NCBI GenBank assembly: GCA_034670305.1
Contig: JAXMNT010000024.1
Coordinates: forward strand, 44,658 to 108,657
Reading direction: 5' to 3'
From: Deltaproteobacteria bacterium
GTDB lineage: Bacteria; Myxococcota_A; Polyangia; Polyangiales; Houyiibacteriaceae
Length of the DNA: 64,000 bases
This document shows, piece by piece, positions 38,418 to 48,224 of this stretch. Position 1 is the first letter of the stretch, and each line of letters starts with the position of its first letter. Position numbers and translations under genes: made by a program. Under the pieces are notes generated by a model. It had not been told where the DNA came from. It saw nothing but the letters and a program-made list of their open reading frames with translations, and made no database searches.

Positions 38418-39068
38418 ATGTCGGACGAACCGAAGACCTTCGAGGGCGAGAGCGCGGATGTGACCTGGGATGGTCGCCTCTGCATTCACATTGGCGAGTG
38501 TGGGCGGGCGGAGGGCGAGCTCTTCGTGGGTGGCCGCGAGCCTTGGTGTCAGCCCGACGTCTCGGCCGCGGATGATGCGCTGGACGTGGTCCAGCGGTGT
38601 CCCACCGGCGCGCTCTCGATTCGCCGCAAGGACGGGGGCGCCATCGAGACCGCGCCGAAGGGCAACCAAGTCGTGGTCGCGAACCACGGGCCGCTTTACG
38701 TCACGGGAGACTTGGCGATCGATGGGGCTGCCGACGACATGCCTGGCGTGAAGTTTCGCGCTGCGCTTTGCCGGTGCGGCCTCTCGAAGAAGAAACCCTT
38801 CTGCGACAACAGCCACGAAGAAGGCGGCTTTCAGGATCGCGGCGCCATCGGCTCCAAGGGCGACGGCTTCGAAGGGGAGGGCGGTCCGTTGACCATCTCC
38901 CGTGCGAAGAACGGCCCGTTGCTGCTCAGCGGCAAAGTCGAGCTGCGCACCGCGAGCGGTCGGCTGGCCTGGCGCGGAGAGAAGTGCGCGCTCTGCCGCT
39001 GTGGCCAGTCGAAGAACAAACCGTTCTGCGACGGATCCCACAAAGCGGCCGGCTTCGAAGCCGACTGA
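38418..39068 (+). CDS. CDGSH iron-sulfur domain protein with an N-terminal divergent 4Fe-4S domain
   Basis: CIHIGEC, CPTGAL; ALCRCGLSKKKPFCDNSH; ALCRCGQSKNKPFCDGSH. Confidence 0.93.
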   Translation: MSDEPKTFEGESADVTWDGRLCIHIGECGRAEGELFVGGREPWCQPDVSAADDALDVVQRCPTGALSIRRKDGGAIETAPKGNQVVVANHGPLYVTGDLAIDGAADDMPGVKFRAALCRCGLSKKKPFCDNSHEEGGFQDRGAIGSKGDGFEGEGGPLTISRAKNGPLLLSGKVELRTASGRLAWRGEKCALCRCGQSKNKPFCDGSHKAAGFEAD

Positions 39069-39107
39069 CCGCGTACTGAAGAGGCCGCGTGCAGGGCAGT
39101 GGGGGTG

Positions 39108-42100
39108 TCAGTGCGCGTTCCTGTCCATGAGCGCTTCGAGCGTCGTCCCGCTGTCCCGTTCGGAGTCCGTCAGGAGCTGCGCCGGGTCCTGCCGCCACGC
39201 GTTCAGGTCGAGCGGCAGCACGTACACCTGGCCTCCGGTCGCGAAGATCATGCGTCCGTCCGGGGTCCAACTCGCCGCGGTGGTGCGCTCATCGATGTCC
39301 AGCCGCGCTTCGAGGACACCACGCGCGTTGTAGACGCGCGCACCTCGATCGGTCGTCACGAGCATGCGCTCTCCGTCGGGGGACCAGGCCACCGAGCGGG
39401 CAACCTCGCCGTCCAAGAGCCGTTGCCCGCGCACGCGTTCGCCGTTCTGCGGATCCCACCCGCGCAGTTGCCCTTCCAGATCGACGGTGGTCAGTTCGCT
39501 CCCGTCCGGATGCCAGCTGGCGTCGTAGATGCGCGCTTCGTGCGCGCTCCAGCGGCGGATGACGCGGGCGTTGCCAGCGTCGATCAACGTGACGTGACCA
39601 TCGAACCCGGCGCTCGCGAGGAACTCGCCCGACGGATGGAAGCCCACCCACCATGTGCGCCCGTCCGCAATGGGGACACTTCGCAGTGCGCCGCTCGCCT
39701 GATCGCGCAGCAGGATGGCACCGTCCCCGCTCGCAATCGCGAGCGTCTGCCGATCCGGCGAAAGCGTCAGGGCGTCGCCAAAGTGGGGCAGCCGCGCGAC
39801 CAGCTCGCTGGTGCGCGCCGCAAGATCGTGAACCCGCAGGGTTCGGTCCATCCCGGAGGTGGCCACCGTGTCGGCGTCGACGAACACGGCGGCCCGGACC
39901 GGCGCGGTGTGCCCTTCGAAGACGTGGTCCATGCGGCCCGTGCGTGCGTCCCAGACACGCACGACCGCGTCGTCGCCCCCCGCCAGCAGCCAGTGCGAAT
40001 CGGGGCTCCAGACGGCGACATCGATCCGGCCGCGACTCGGGGCCACGAACGACACCCCCTCGCGGGTCGTTGGGATCTCCCACTCGACCACCCGGCGATC
40101 CACGCCCCCGCTGAACAGCCGGCTCCCCGACGAATTGAAGGCGAGTGCGGCGATCCTCCCCTCATGCCCGTCGAACCGCGCCACCGGTCGCATGCTCTCG
40201 GCGTCGATGATGGTGATCTCGTCGGCGGCCAGGGCGAGCCATCGTCCATCGGGAGACACGGTCACGATGTCGTAGCCGTCCCCGAATCGCGTCTCGGCGA
40301 CCAGGGCGCCGCCCGTGCGGTCGAATCGCCGCAGGACGCCCTCGTCATCCACGGTGACGATCTCCTGCGGCGTCAGATCGAGGCCTCGCATCCTGGAGCG
40401 GGCCCCGTTGACCAAACCGCCTCCGCCTCCGATCCGTCGAACGACCGAGGCGGAGGGCAGGTCGACCACGACCGCCTCGGGACCTGAACTGCTCAACACG
40501 GCGACGGACGCCTCGCGGGGGCAGAGGAGGCGCCAGGGAACGGCAGTCGTTGCTTCGATCGTCTGCCGCATCTCGCCGGTGTCTGCGTCGAACACGGCGA
40601 TCTGTCCGTCGCTCCCGGCACCCAGCAAGGTTCCGTCTGCAGCGAAACACACCCCGTACACCCGGTCGGCGGGGTGCTCGACAATCCGGAGCAACTCGCC
40701 TCGCGGGAACGACCAGATCCGAATTTCACCGTCGTACGCGCTCGTCGCGAGCCGTGCCGATGCTGAATCGAGCGCCGCCTGAAAGACCGTCCCACCGTGT
40801 CCTTCGAGCACTTGCTGTACGTGCCCGGTGTTCAGATCCCAGATCACCGCGCGCCGGTCTGCCGAAGTGGTCACAAGCCATCGGTCGTCGTCCGAGACGA
40901 GCACGTCGTAGATCCAGTCTTCGTGCTCGCCGAACGTCCGCGCCTGCTTGGCGAAACGCAGAGCGCGGGCCGCCGCCCAGGTGGCCGCGGGGCCCGCGAG
41001 CCAATCCCCGACCTGCGTGGTCTCACGCAGCGCGCGGTTGGGCCCGCGTGGATGCTCGGGGGACTCCGCCATCGCGGCCGCGGCAAACAACTCGGCGCCG
41101 AGGTGGTCGCCCCTTCGAAGACGACGCACGGCGCTCTGCCAGTGGACTTGGGCAAGGCGTTCGTGAGTCTCGCGCTCCTGGCCGCGCGCGCGCCGCTCGG
41201 CAACGACCGCTCGTTCTCGCTCGGCCTCGGCCACCTGCTGCTCTCGAACGATGAACACCACCGCAGCGACGGCGAGGACCACCAGGGAAGCCAGGGCCCA
41301 GGTCAGCGCCCGATTGCGTCGTACGAAGCGCGTCACGAGCTCCCACGACGTGTACTCGTAGGCTCCGACAAGGCGGCCCGTTTGAAAGGCTTCGAGGTCG
41401 CGCGCCAGCTCCCGTGCGTCGCGGTAACGTTCGGTCCGATCGCGCGCCATCGCCTTGTCGATGATGCTCACCAGATCGGGGGGCGCGTTCGGCGCCCGCT
41501 CGGACAGGGGCACCGGCGGTCCCTCGAGAAGCTGGCGGAGCGCATTGCCCTCGTAGGGAGGCCGTCCGCAGAGCGAGTGGTAGAGCAGGGCGCCGAGGGA
41601 GTACACATCCGCTCGCGCGTCGAGCGGCTCGGCACGCGCTTGCTCAGGCGGCATGTAGGCGGGCGTGCCCATGATGGACCCTTCGCGGGTGAGCGTGTCG
41701 TCCTCGTTGGCCGCGTCCAGGGTGTCGCGCGCGTCCGCCACATCGTCGGTGTCGCCGATGCCTTTGGCGAGTCCCCAGTCGATGACGATCGTCTCCCCGA
41801 ACTCGCCGAGCAGGACGTTGGCCGGCTTGAGATCGCGGTGAATGATCCCCTTCTCATGCGCGTACGCAATCGCCTCGACCGCCGGGAGAATTCGCGGGAC
41901 GAGCGCCAGCCGCGCTCCCGGATCGGACGCCTCGTCGACGACGACGTCGAAGGCTCGACCGCCGACGAGCTTCATCGCGAAGAAGGGGCGACCGTCCGGC
42001 CACTGACCAACTTCGTACACCGGCACGATGCTCGGATGTTGAAGTTGTGCCGTGATTCGCGCCTCGCGTTCGAAGCGCAGCCGCTGCTGAGGCCTCGGAT

Positions 42101-42320
42101 CGCCGAGGAGCTCTTTCACGGCAACCAGTCGTCCGGTGCGCGTGTCCCGCGCCTCACGCACGACGCCCATGCCACCTCGCGCGACATCGTCGCCGATGAC
42201 GTAGTGCGACGGGTCGACGGTTTTCAGCGAACCGTCTACGTCGGCGTCGCTCGTCGTGTTGTCGTCGTCGGCGGCGAGTGTCCGCGCCGCTTCCAACGAG
42301 TCGCGACCGGGGTCACTCAC
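39108..42320 (-). CDS. Ser/Thr protein kinase with TM segment and WD40 repeats
   Basis: ARGGMG, VAVK, HRDLKPAN, DWG, GTPAYMPPEQ; GH...WD repeats. Confidence 0.94.
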   Translation of the reverse strand: MSDPGRDSLEAARTLAADDDNTTSDADVDGSLKTVDPSHYVIGDDVARGGMGVVREARDTRTGRLVAVKELLGDPRPQQRLRFEREARITAQLQHPSIVPVYEVGQWPDGRPFFAMKLVGGRAFDVVVDEASDPGARLALVPRILPAVEAIAYAHEKGIIHRDLKPANVLLGEFGETIVIDWGLAKGIGDTDDVADARDTLDAANEDDTLTREGSIMGTPAYMPPEQARAEPLDARADVYSLGALLYHSLCGRPPYEGNALRQLLEGPPVPLSERAPNAPPDLVSIIDKAMARDRTERYRDARELARDLEAFQTGRLVGAYEYTSWELVTRFVRRNRALTWALASLVVLAVAAVVFIVREQQVAEAERERAVVAERRARGQERETHERLAQVHWQSAVRRLRRGDHLGAELFAAAAMAESPEHPRGPNRALRETTQVGDWLAGPAATWAAARALRFAKQARTFGEHEDWIYDVLVSDDDRWLVTTSADRRAVIWDLNTGHVQQVLEGHGGTVFQAALDSASARLATSAYDGEIRIWSFPRGELLRIVEHPADRVYGVCFAADGTLLGAGSDGQIAVFDADTGEMRQTIEATTAVPWRLLCPREASVAVLSSSGPEAVVVDLPSASVVRRIGGGGGLVNGARSRMRGLDLTPQEIVTVDDEGVLRRFDRTGGALVAETRFGDGYDIVTVSPDGRWLALAADEITIIDAESMRPVARFDGHEGRIAALAFNSSGSRLFSGGVDRRVVEWEIPTTREGVSFVAPSRGRIDVAVWSPDSHWLLAGGDDAVVRVWDARTGRMDHVFEGHTAPVRAAVFVDADTVATSGMDRTLRVHDLAARTSELVARLPHFGDALTLSPDRQTLAIASGDGAILLRDQASGALRSVPIADGRTWWVGFHPSGEFLASAGFDGHVTLIDAGNARVIRRWSAHEARIYDASWHPDGSELTTVDLEGQLRGWDPQNGERVRGQRLLDGEVARSVAWSPDGERMLVTTDRGARVYNARGVLEARLDIDERTTAASWTPDGRMIFATGGQVYVLPLDLNAWRQDPAQLLTDSERDSGTTLEALMDRNAH

Positions 42321-42382
42321 GCGTGGACCATCGCATCAGCGCCCAAGGGTCGCTTGGTCAGGTCTCGTTGACAACTGGGGTT

Positions 42383-43600
42383 TCAACCGGGGCCATCCTG
42401 GATCACGCTCCGGGGACCGGTGTAGCGCGCCCGGGGGCGCAGCAGGAAAGGCGCACCTCGCTGTTCCTCGATGTGGGCGATCCATCCGGCGAGGCGTCCG
42501 ATCGCGAATAGGGCGAGCGCTCCGCCGCGCGGCAGGCCGAGTGCGATCCGGGTGGCGACGAGGCCGACGTCTAGGTTGGGTGCGCCCTCGCCCGCGCTGG
42601 CCGCGGCTTCCACGACCGAGCGCAGCGTCACGCTGCGCTTCTTCCGGTCCGACGCGACCGCTTCGAGCAGCGACTTCGCCCGCGGGTCGCCGTCCGGGTA
42701 GAGCGGATGGGAGAACCCTGTCACGAGCTCGCCTCGTTGGCGGCGTGCCCGCAGGGTGGGCGCGGCTCGGTCGGGGCTGCCCGTTTCGTCGAGCAGCGCT
42801 TCGAAACGTTCGGTCTCGCCCCCGTGGCGTGGACCGGACAAGGCTGCGTTCGCGGCGGTGAGACAGACACACGTTGCTGCACCGGTGGACGCGACCACTC
42901 GAGCCGCAAACGAAGACACGTTGAGTTCGTGTTCCGCCGCCCACACCAGGGCCCGGTTCACGAGTCGCCGCTTGGGCGCGGTCGCGCGCACGCCATACGC
43001 CGTGAGCAGCGCGTGTACGGTGCTCGGGGACCGGAGGGCGAGGCGGGCATCGGCGGTGGCGACGGCGAGCCCGGCGGTGCAGTGGCGCACGATGGATTCC
43101 GCGCTCGGTTCGACGTCTCCCATCGCGAGACTCTGCAGCACGAACCCGAGCCGTGCGGTGACGGTCGTGGCAGCGGCGGGAATCGCGATCGGGCGCGTGG
43201 CGCGCGGAGCCACCCAGGGACGCTCGAGGAGCCACGCGACAACCTCTTCGAACGCGGCCCCCTGGTCGACGAGCGCTCCTGCGGGTCGTCCGCGGTAGAC
43301 AGGCCCCTCCGGGTCGATGCGCGAGATGCCGGAGTCGAGGACCGGTTCGCCCCAGCGCAGCGCACCAGCGGCCACCGCACCGTGTCCGGACCGGGCATCC
43401 CGCCGCGCACAGAGCCGCTCGACGTCGGCCTGGCTGTAGACCCGTCGCCGGCCGCCGCGACCGCTGCCCTCGCGGGCGGGTGCGCTGCGCACGAGCCCGC
43501 GGCTCACGTAGGCGTAGAGCGTCGCCTTCTGCACACCGAGCCGTGCACACGCGGCGTCGGCGCTGAGCCACGGTTCTTCGGTCGGGTCGGAGGGGTGCAT
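42383..43600 (-). CDS. HTH-citrate synthase family fusion (probable transcription regulator)
   Basis: [74 protein letters not shown]. Confidence 0.9.
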   Translation of the reverse strand: MHPSDPTEEPWLSADAACARLGVQKATLYAYVSRGLVRSAPAREGSGRGGRRRVYSQADVERLCARRDARSGHGAVAAGALRWGEPVLDSGISRIDPEGPVYRGRPAGALVDQGAAFEEVVAWLLERPWVAPRATRPIAIPAAATTVTARLGFVLQSLAMGDVEPSAESIVRHCTAGLAVATADARLALRSPSTVHALLTAYGVRATAPKRRLVNRALVWAAEHELNVSSFAARVVASTGAATCVCLTAANAALSGPRHGGETERFEALLDETGSPDRAAPTLRARRQRGELVTGFSHPLYPDGDPRAKSLLEAVASDRKKRSVTLRSVVEAAASAGEGAPNLDVGLVATRIALGLPRGGALALFAIGRLAGWIAHIEEQRGAPFLLRPRARYTGPRSVIQDGPG

Positions 43601-43616
43601 GGTCGAATCCACTATA

Positions 43617-43642
43617 TTGATCACATGATCAACGTTGATCAA
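43617..43642. promoter_or_regulatory. overlapping TGATCA palindromes, candidate operator
   Basis: TTGATCA-CA-TGATCAA and TGATCAACGTTGATCA lie in the short divergent intergenic gap. Confidence 0.7.
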
Positions 43643-43681
43643 TGTTGGGTGAGTCACGAGAGTGGGTCTCGGAGGTACCCC

Positions 43682-44830
43682 ATGTCCAGTGATTCCCAAA
43701 CCACGCCCGCACATGTCTCGTCCGGCGTCGACGAGCCGCAACCGCCCCCTGTCGTCGATGCACAGTCTGTGTCGTCCGGACTCGAAGGCGTGGTGGCGGC
43801 CGAGACCTCGGTCAGCGAGGTCGATGGCGAACGCGGCGTACTGATCCTGGCAGGCCAGCCGGTTCAGGCGTTCTCCCGCCACAGCTTCGAGGAGGTGATC
43901 GCCATCCTGCGCACCGTCTCGGGTGAGACCCGCCCCCGCGCACTCGACCCGCAGGTCATCCAGGTCCAACTCGCGCTCGCTCGGAAGGAAGCCTTCGCGC
44001 GCCTCGATCATCTCGGAGACGCGCTCGACGCGCCCGACGCGATGTCGGCGTTGCGCGCGGGCATCGCGCACTTCGACACGCGCGACGAAGACGCCGACGT
44101 CCAACTGGCGGGTGCGATCCCGGTGCTCGCGGCGGCCTGGCAACGCCGGCAGCGCGGCCAAGCCGCCATCGCTCCATCGTCGGGCGCAGCACACGCGGAG
44201 GACATGCTCCGTTTGTACGCGACCGGCGCGTCCCCGGAAGCCGCGGCGGCTCTCGGCGCGTACCTCGCGACGGTGGTGGACCACGGGCTCAACGCCTCCA
44301 CCTTTGCGGCGCGCGTGGTGGCATCGACCGCGTCCGACACGACGTCTGCGGTGGTGGCCGCCATCGGTGCGCTCAAGGGACCGCTGCATGGAGGCGCACC
44401 CGGTCCCGTGCTGGACATGCTCGATGCGATCGGCACCGCGGACCGAGCCGAGGATTGGATCACGGCCGAGCTCGCGGCGGGCCGCCGGATCATGGGCATG
44501 GGCCACCGGGTCTACAAGGTCCGAGACCCGCGCGCGTCGGCGCTTGAAGCAGCGGCTGCGAAGCTTGGCGGGTCGGGTCGCATCGCCCTGACCCATGCCG
44601 TCGAGTCGGCCGCCCAGCGCGTCCTCGAACGCGTCAAACCAGGACGCCGGCTGCGGGCCAACGTGGAGATGTGGACCGCGGTCCTGCTCGACGCGCTCGG
44701 CATCGACCGCGCCCTCTTCACCGCGACCTTCGCCGCATCCCGCGTCGTCGGCTGGTGCGCCCACGTCCGCGAGCAGCGGCTCCACGGCCGCCTGCTGCGC
44801 CCTTCGTCCAAGTACATCGGCCCGCGGTAG
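43682..44830 (+). CDS. citrate synthase/methylcitrate synthase family protein
   Basis: [54 protein letters not shown]. Confidence 0.92.
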   Translation: MSSDSQTTPAHVSSGVDEPQPPPVVDAQSVSSGLEGVVAAETSVSEVDGERGVLILAGQPVQAFSRHSFEEVIAILRTVSGETRPRALDPQVIQVQLALARKEAFARLDHLGDALDAPDAMSALRAGIAHFDTRDEDADVQLAGAIPVLAAAWQRRQRGQAAIAPSSGAAHAEDMLRLYATGASPEAAAALGAYLATVVDHGLNASTFAARVVASTASDTTSAVVAAIGALKGPLHGGAPGPVLDMLDAIGTADRAEDWITAELAAGRRIMGMGHRVYKVRDPRASALEAAAAKLGGSGRIALTHAVESAAQRVLERVKPGRRLRANVEMWTAVLLDALGIDRALFTATFAASRVVGWCAHVREQRLHGRLLRPSSKYIGPR

Positions 44831-44837
44831 CGGCGCA

Positions 44838-45030
44838 TCGATTCGGGTTCGGCTTCGGCGTCGGATTCGGCTTCGGATTCGGATTCGGATTCGGGGTCGG
44901 CGTCGGCTTCGGGGTCGGCATCGGATTCGGGGTCGGCGTCGGCTTCGGGGTCGCCATCGGATTCGGGGTCGGCGTCGGCTTCGCGCAAGCAAGGGGGCAA
45001 GGGCAGGGGCAAGGGCAGGGGCAAGGGGCA
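44838..45030. repeat. intergenic hexamer tracts (NNTCGG)n plus (GGGCAA/GGGCAG)n
   Basis: Direct reading. Confidence 0.9.
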
Positions 45031-45091
45031 CCCACCCACCGGCACGGGCATGGGCGAGGCACGTTCCGCGACTTCGAGTATGTTCGGTGAC

Positions 45092-46285
45092 ATGCGGAAC
45101 GCTCGAACACTCGGGGTGGCGGCAGCGCTCGTCGCATCCTTGGTCGGCGGCTTCCTCTGGTGGACCACGCGCATCCCGCCCGGTGGCCCCGACGAAGACC
45201 CGACGGCCCCGCGTTTCGCGGAGGACATCCCGAAGATCGACGTGCACGTGCACGTGCCGGCCGGCATGGCGGAGGGCACCGTCGACCTGCTCGGGCGGTA
45301 CGGCGTGCGCCTCGCACTCAACGCCTCCGGCGGCAGCCCGGGCCGCGGCCTCGAGCAGACGACGGCGGCCGCGCGCCGGACCAGCGGGCGCCTGCTGCCC
45401 TACTGCAACCTCGAGTGGCAGAACGTCGCCTACGAAGACTGGGCGCAATACGCCGTCACCACGCTCGAGCAGTGCAAGGCGATGGGCGCCATCGGGCTCA
45501 AGATCTACAAAGCGCTCGGGCTCGGCTACATGAACCGCGACGGCACCTTGCTCGCCATCGACGACCCCCGCCTCGACGTGGCGTTCGAGCGGGCCGGCGA
45601 ACTCGGTCTGCCGGTGCTGATGCACAGCGGCGATCCGCGCGCGTTCTTCGAACCGCCCACCGAGGACAACGAGCGCTACGCGGAGCTCGGCGCGCATCCG
45701 AGCTGGAGCTTCTACGGTCCCATTCCCACCCGTCCGGGCGACCCACCGCTTGGCAACTGGCCGAGCTGGATCGAAGTGCTCCGCCAGTTCGAACGGCGGG
45801 TCGGCCGCCACCCGAACACCACGTTCGTCGGCGCGCACTTCGGCAACGCGCCCGAGGACCTCGACTTCGTCGCGCGCATGCTCGACGCGAACCCGAGCTA
45901 CGTGATCGAGACCGGCGCCCGTGTCCCAGAGTTCGGCCGACATCCGGTCGCGCGGCTCAAGGCGTTCTTCGAGCGCTACCACGACCGCATCCTCTTCGGC
46001 ACCGACTTCCAGCGCATCCCCGCCGGCTTCGTGCTCGGTTCGGTCGGCGACGAACTCAACACGATCGGCGACGTCGCCCCCTTCTTCGAATCGCACTGGC
46101 GCTTCTTCGAAACCGAAGACGTCGACTTCCCACACCCGAGCCCGATCCAAGGCGACTGGACGATCAGCGGCATCCACCTCCCGCGCCCCATCCTCGAAGA
46201 CATCTACCACCGCAACGCCGAGCGCGTCTTCGGCCTAGAACTCCCCGCCCCCGACCCGCCAGCAACACCCACGCCGACCCAATAG
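45092..46285 (+). CDS. amidohydrolase-2 family metallohydrolase, N-terminally anchored
   Basis: [45 protein letters not shown]. Confidence 0.9.
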   Translation: MRNARTLGVAAALVASLVGGFLWWTTRIPPGGPDEDPTAPRFAEDIPKIDVHVHVPAGMAEGTVDLLGRYGVRLALNASGGSPGRGLEQTTAAARRTSGRLLPYCNLEWQNVAYEDWAQYAVTTLEQCKAMGAIGLKIYKALGLGYMNRDGTLLAIDDPRLDVAFERAGELGLPVLMHSGDPRAFFEPPTEDNERYAELGAHPSWSFYGPIPTRPGDPPLGNWPSWIEVLRQFERRVGRHPNTTFVGAHFGNAPEDLDFVARMLDANPSYVIETGARVPEFGRHPVARLKAFFERYHDRILFGTDFQRIPAGFVLGSVGDELNTIGDVAPFFESHWRFFETEDVDFPHPSPIQGDWTISGIHLPRPILEDIYHRNAERVFGLELPAPDPPATPTPTQ

Positions 46286-46297
46286 CTGGACCGGACT

Positions 46298-46445
46298 GCC
46301 TCGGAATCGGCTACGGCTTCGGAATCGGCTTCGGAATCGGCTTCGGCTTCGGGATAGGCTTCGGGATCGGCTTCGGGATCGGCTTCGGGATCAGCTTCGG
46401 CTTCGGCTTCGGGATCGGCCTTCGGGATCGGCGTCAGCGGCAGCA
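46298..46445. repeat. intergenic hexamer tract (CTTCGG/GATCGG/AATCGG)n
   Basis: Direct reading. Confidence 0.9.
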
Positions 46446-46457
46446 GCTGCCGCGACC

Positions 46458-48224
46458 CTACGTCAACCGCTCCACGTACCCCTCCGGCGCCACCGCGCGG
46501 TAGAGCCGCTCGACGAATGCGCCGACTTCCTCGCGCGCCACGGGAACCCGGCTCTCGCGCACGCCGAACTCGATCGGTGCGTCGCCTTCGCCGTGATCCT
46601 CGTAGGAGAACCCGCCGTAGGTCTCGAGGTGCCCGAGCCGGAAGCCATGCAAGGCGAGCCGGTAGAGCATGCGCGCCATCCAGTAGCGGGGCACCTCCGC
46701 GTGCGCGTCGCCCACCGAAACGCGTACGACCGTCGGGCTCACGTCTTGCACGCGAAGCCCGTCGGACTCGAAGGGGAGCGGGTGTCGCTCGGCGTCTTCG
46801 AAGGGCGGGAAGGGCGCTTCGGGGACCTCGTCCCAGGACGTCGGAGGCGCGTCGGGCGCGACATCGGCGGTGAAGACGAGCGCACGGCGGACCCCGGTCA
46901 TCTCGCACGTGGCGCCGGGCGCGACGAACACGAAGTCGCCGCGTGCGTAGGCGCCGTCGAGGTCCGCGTCGATCACGGCGACGAAACCACCGCGCTCGAA
47001 GGTTCGGGCTTTGCCGTCCACCAACTCGACCCGCGCGTTGCCCACTTCAGCGATGCCTCCCAGCGGCCCTCGCAGCAGATCGAAGAGTGCGGTGGGCGGT
47101 GACGGATCGACGTACGGCTTGATCGCTTCGGGCCGGTCGGAACGGAGCGTGCGTTCGCCCGGCGCGATCGGCCGGCGTCCACAGAAGACGAGCGTGTAGC
47201 CGCTGCGCCGGGTGCCCGGGGCGAAGACGAACGGCTCGTAGGGAGGACGCAAGCGGCCGGGCCAATGCAAGTGCCCATGCGGATGCAGGAGCAGGTCGCC
47301 GGCCAGGTGTTTGTAGCGCGCGGTCTCGTCTCGGGAGACGCGGTCGAGCACCACGGTGCGCATCGGAAATCCGTCGGCGAGCGAGTCGCCGGTCGGCATC
47401 GCAACCGCGTACTCGTCGGAGATGTTGGCGTGCGCGAAGTACACGGGCTCGGACGCGGTGGCGATCTCGATCTGCAGGTCGCCCACGGTGCCGACCACCA
47501 TCAGATGATGTTCGAACCGGCCCGGGCGCGCGGCGAGTTCGGCGAGGTTCGTGCGCCGGAGCGGAAGCGGCAGCGGCGTACGACTCGGCGGGAAGGTCCA
47601 GTGCGCGGTGGCGGGATGCCGGCGCGGGGCCGAGGGATCCGCGCCCGTGTCGACGTCGAGCGTGGGGCCACCCTTCCAGCGGAACGCAGTCCCCGCGACG
47701 CGGCGTCCGAGGTGGTGTGCCGTGCGCAGATCCCCGCTTGGGACACGTTGTCCCGACCGCGAGCGCGCCATCGCACCGAGCGAACTGCCAAAGCGGTTGA
47801 GGTCGGATTCCTGGTCGCCTCCGCGCGCGGCGAGGCTCGTCCAGATCATGCCGTGCTGGGCGGCAAAGACCGAGAGCTGGACGAGCACGTTGTGTTTGTC
47901 GCCGCCCATCGTGGAGGAGTGCGTGAACCCCGCGGCCGGTTTGTCGCGCCAGCGCTGGCCCACCCACGCCTGCTTGCTCGACGCATCCATGAAGGCCTTG
48001 AACGGTGCCGACACGCTGCCCATGAAGGTGGGGGAACCGAACACGAGCGCATCGGCGGCGTGGAGCACGTCCCAGTCCATGTCCGCATCCACCGCGTGCA
48101 GCGTGGCGACCGAGCCGGTTGCTTCCACCCCTTGCTGAACGGCTTCGGCGAGTGCGCGGGTGTGTCCGCGAACCGAGTGGAACACGATGGCGACCCGCAC
48201 CTCCTTCGCCGCCGGCTCAGACAT
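46458..48224 (-). CDS. WrbA/flavodoxin-like domain fused to a cupin (homogentisate dioxygenase-like) region
   Basis: FHSVRGHTRALA, FGSPTFMGS, WRDKPAAGFT; then FAHANISDEY and LLLHPHGHLHWPG. Confidence 0.75.
   Translation of the reverse strand: MSEPAAKEVRVAIVFHSVRGHTRALAEAVQQGVEATGSVATLHAVDADMDWDVLHAADALVFGSPTFMGSVSAPFKAFMDASSKQAWVGQRWRDKPAAGFTHSSTMGGDKHNVLVQLSVFAAQHGMIWTSLAARGGDQESDLNRFGSSLGAMARSRSGQRVPSGDLRTAHHLGRRVAGTAFRWKGGPTLDVDTGADPSAPRRHPATAHWTFPPSRTPLPLPLRRTNLAELAARPGRFEHHLMVVGTVGDLQIEIATASEPVYFAHANISDEYAVAMPTGDSLADGFPMRTVVLDRVSRDETARYKHLAGDLLLHPHGHLHWPGRLRPPYEPFVFAPGTRRSGYTLVFCGRRPIAPGERTLRSDRPEAIKPYVDPSPPTALFDLLRGPLGGIAEVGNARVELVDGKARTFERGGFVAVIDADLDGAYARGDFVFVAPGATCEMTGVRRALVFTADVAPDAPPTSWDEVPEAPFPPFEDAERHPLPFESDGLRVQDVSPTVVRVSVGDAHAEVPRYWMARMLYRLALHGFRLGHLETYGGFSYEDHGEGDAPIEFGVRESRVPVAREEVGAFVERLYRAVAPEGYVERLT

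Noticed and set aside
42383-46210. 1275-aa ORF as a single protein (likewise 19078-22686 and 5517-8105)
   Set aside because: Only the 3' part is a real gene; the upstream part is antisense to other genes or crosses repeat tracts
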